A stretch of 64,000 nt of DNA, taken from contig CM120640.1 in the NCBI GenBank assembly GCA_051362555.1, positions 70,844,788 through 70,908,787 of the forward strand. The letters are read 5' to 3'. This document shows, one piece after another, positions 62,856-64,000 of the stretch. Under the pieces are notes generated by a model. The model did no database searches. It saw only the letters and a program-made list of their open reading frames with translations, and was not told the DNA's origin. Source of the DNA: Lingula anatina (lineage: Eukaryota > Animalia > Brachiopoda). The translations under genes were made by a program, and so were the position numbers. The stretch's first letter is position 1; each line of letters opens with the position of its first letter.

Positions 62856-64000
62856 TGTACCACCAGCGTTAGCGCTGGCGGTACACATGGTTTCGGTCTC
62901 GTCCGGATCGTTCCGCCGGCTCCGCCGGCTCCGCCGGACGGCTACCGTTACCGCTTCTCCTCCTAGACGGTAAGGCCCCCCATACCCATCTCATGGATTT
63001 AGGTCACCTATAATCTCAACTCGTTCCACGTAAAATTTGGGCTTTGTCGGTATTGGGGTCTGGGTGTGGCACTCATTGCAATGCACCCTTGTCCAAAAAT
63101 GGCAAAATTAAATGCTAATTATCTACCCTACGGAAGGAGTTACGGGAAAATTTTCTACAGACGGCTTTCCAAAAGTCATATGTGTAGATTTCAAATATAC
63201 CCTCGGATTTGACCTTTGACCTTTACTTCAAGGTCTAATGGGCCAAAATTTTCAAAAAAATGAAATTTTTTACGAAAAAAAATTTTTTTGCCCTGTTATT
63301 CAGACACCACACAGACTTAACCAATAATATTATTGGAAAGTGTTACCCTTCAGGTCATCTTTCATCTCCGTGAATTTGGGGTCAATCGGTGCATTTTCAC
63401 AGGAGTAGCGGCCATAAGATACCGAAACTGAAAACTGTCTCTAATTCGGGAACCGTTAATGCTAGAGACCCATTCTTTTTTGCATTTTGTAGAGCATGTA
63501 AAGCCCAACACTGGAGGTGGTCTCGTTTTTTTTGTATTCCATACGGTTTTCGAGTTACGCTGTATCAAAAAGTACATATTGGTGGTGAAAGGAAAATGTA
63601 CGGAAGCCCACTGGTGCCATATGTAGAAAAAAAAATTATCTCGAAATTTCGAGATACTATTTTGAAATTTGAACAAAAAAATTTACCACCAGCGTTAGCG
63701 CTGGCGGTACACATGGTTTCGGTCCCGTCCGGTCCGTTCCGCCGGCTCCGCCGCCATGTTACCGTTACCGCTTCTCCTCCTAGACGGTAAGGGCCCCCGT
63801 ACCCATCTCATGGATTTAGGTCACCTATAATCTCAACTCGTTCCACGTAAAATTTGGTTTTGTCGGTATTGGGGTCTGGGTGTGGCACTCATTGCAATGC
63901 ACCCTTGTCTAAAAATGGCAAAATTAAATGCTAATTATCTACCCTACAGAAGGAGTTACGGGAAAAATTTCTATAGACGGCTTTCCAAAAGTCATATGTG
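62856..64000. mobile_element. Tandem array of an 826-bp non-autonomous Helentron/HINE (DINE-1-like) type element, running off the window
   Basis: Units start at 62858 and 63684. Each has a terminal hairpin (TGTACCACCAGCG-TTAG-CGCTGGCGGTACA in copy 1), a variable (TCCGCCGGC)n microsatellite and CTTCTCCTCCTAGAC; copy 1 also has TTTGACCTTTGACCT. The tandem duplication is directly visible; the class is inferred from architecture. Confidence 0.65.

Noticed and set aside
63362-63790. ORFs of 104 and 133 aa inside the 826-bp repeat
   Set aside because: No Rep/helicase, transposase or RT motifs; one crosses the unit junction.

Overview
Intron-rich, AT-rich animal genomic DNA, probably an invertebrate (lophotrochozoan-like; the taxon is inferred and cannot be proven here). 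Three protein-coding genes were reconstructed by hand with phase-checked splice junctions. (1) A short-chain collagen C4-like gene (+, 5' end outside the window, stop at 3256), with an apparent 1-nt lesion in one exon. (2) A complete MED14 gene (-, 37 coding exons, 20308->4237, about 1457 aa) containing two U12-type minor introns. (3) An afadin/AF-6/canoe gene (+, ATG 21469, running off the right end), head-to-head with MED14 across a short shared promoter. Introns carry microsatellites, a 54-bp minisatellite, several MITE-like elements and an 826-bp tandem Helentron/HINE-like repeat. The most unusual observations are: a 136-bp foldback inside a MED14 U12 intron whose arms match a minimal Penelope-type hammerhead ribozyme (intact core on the MED14 sense strand); five independent tandem duplications straddling MED14 splice junctions that create decoy splice sites leading to premature stops or frameshifts; and several in-phase cassette-exon candidates in afadin. 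No prokaryotic systems, CRISPR arrays, rRNA or tRNA genes are evident.
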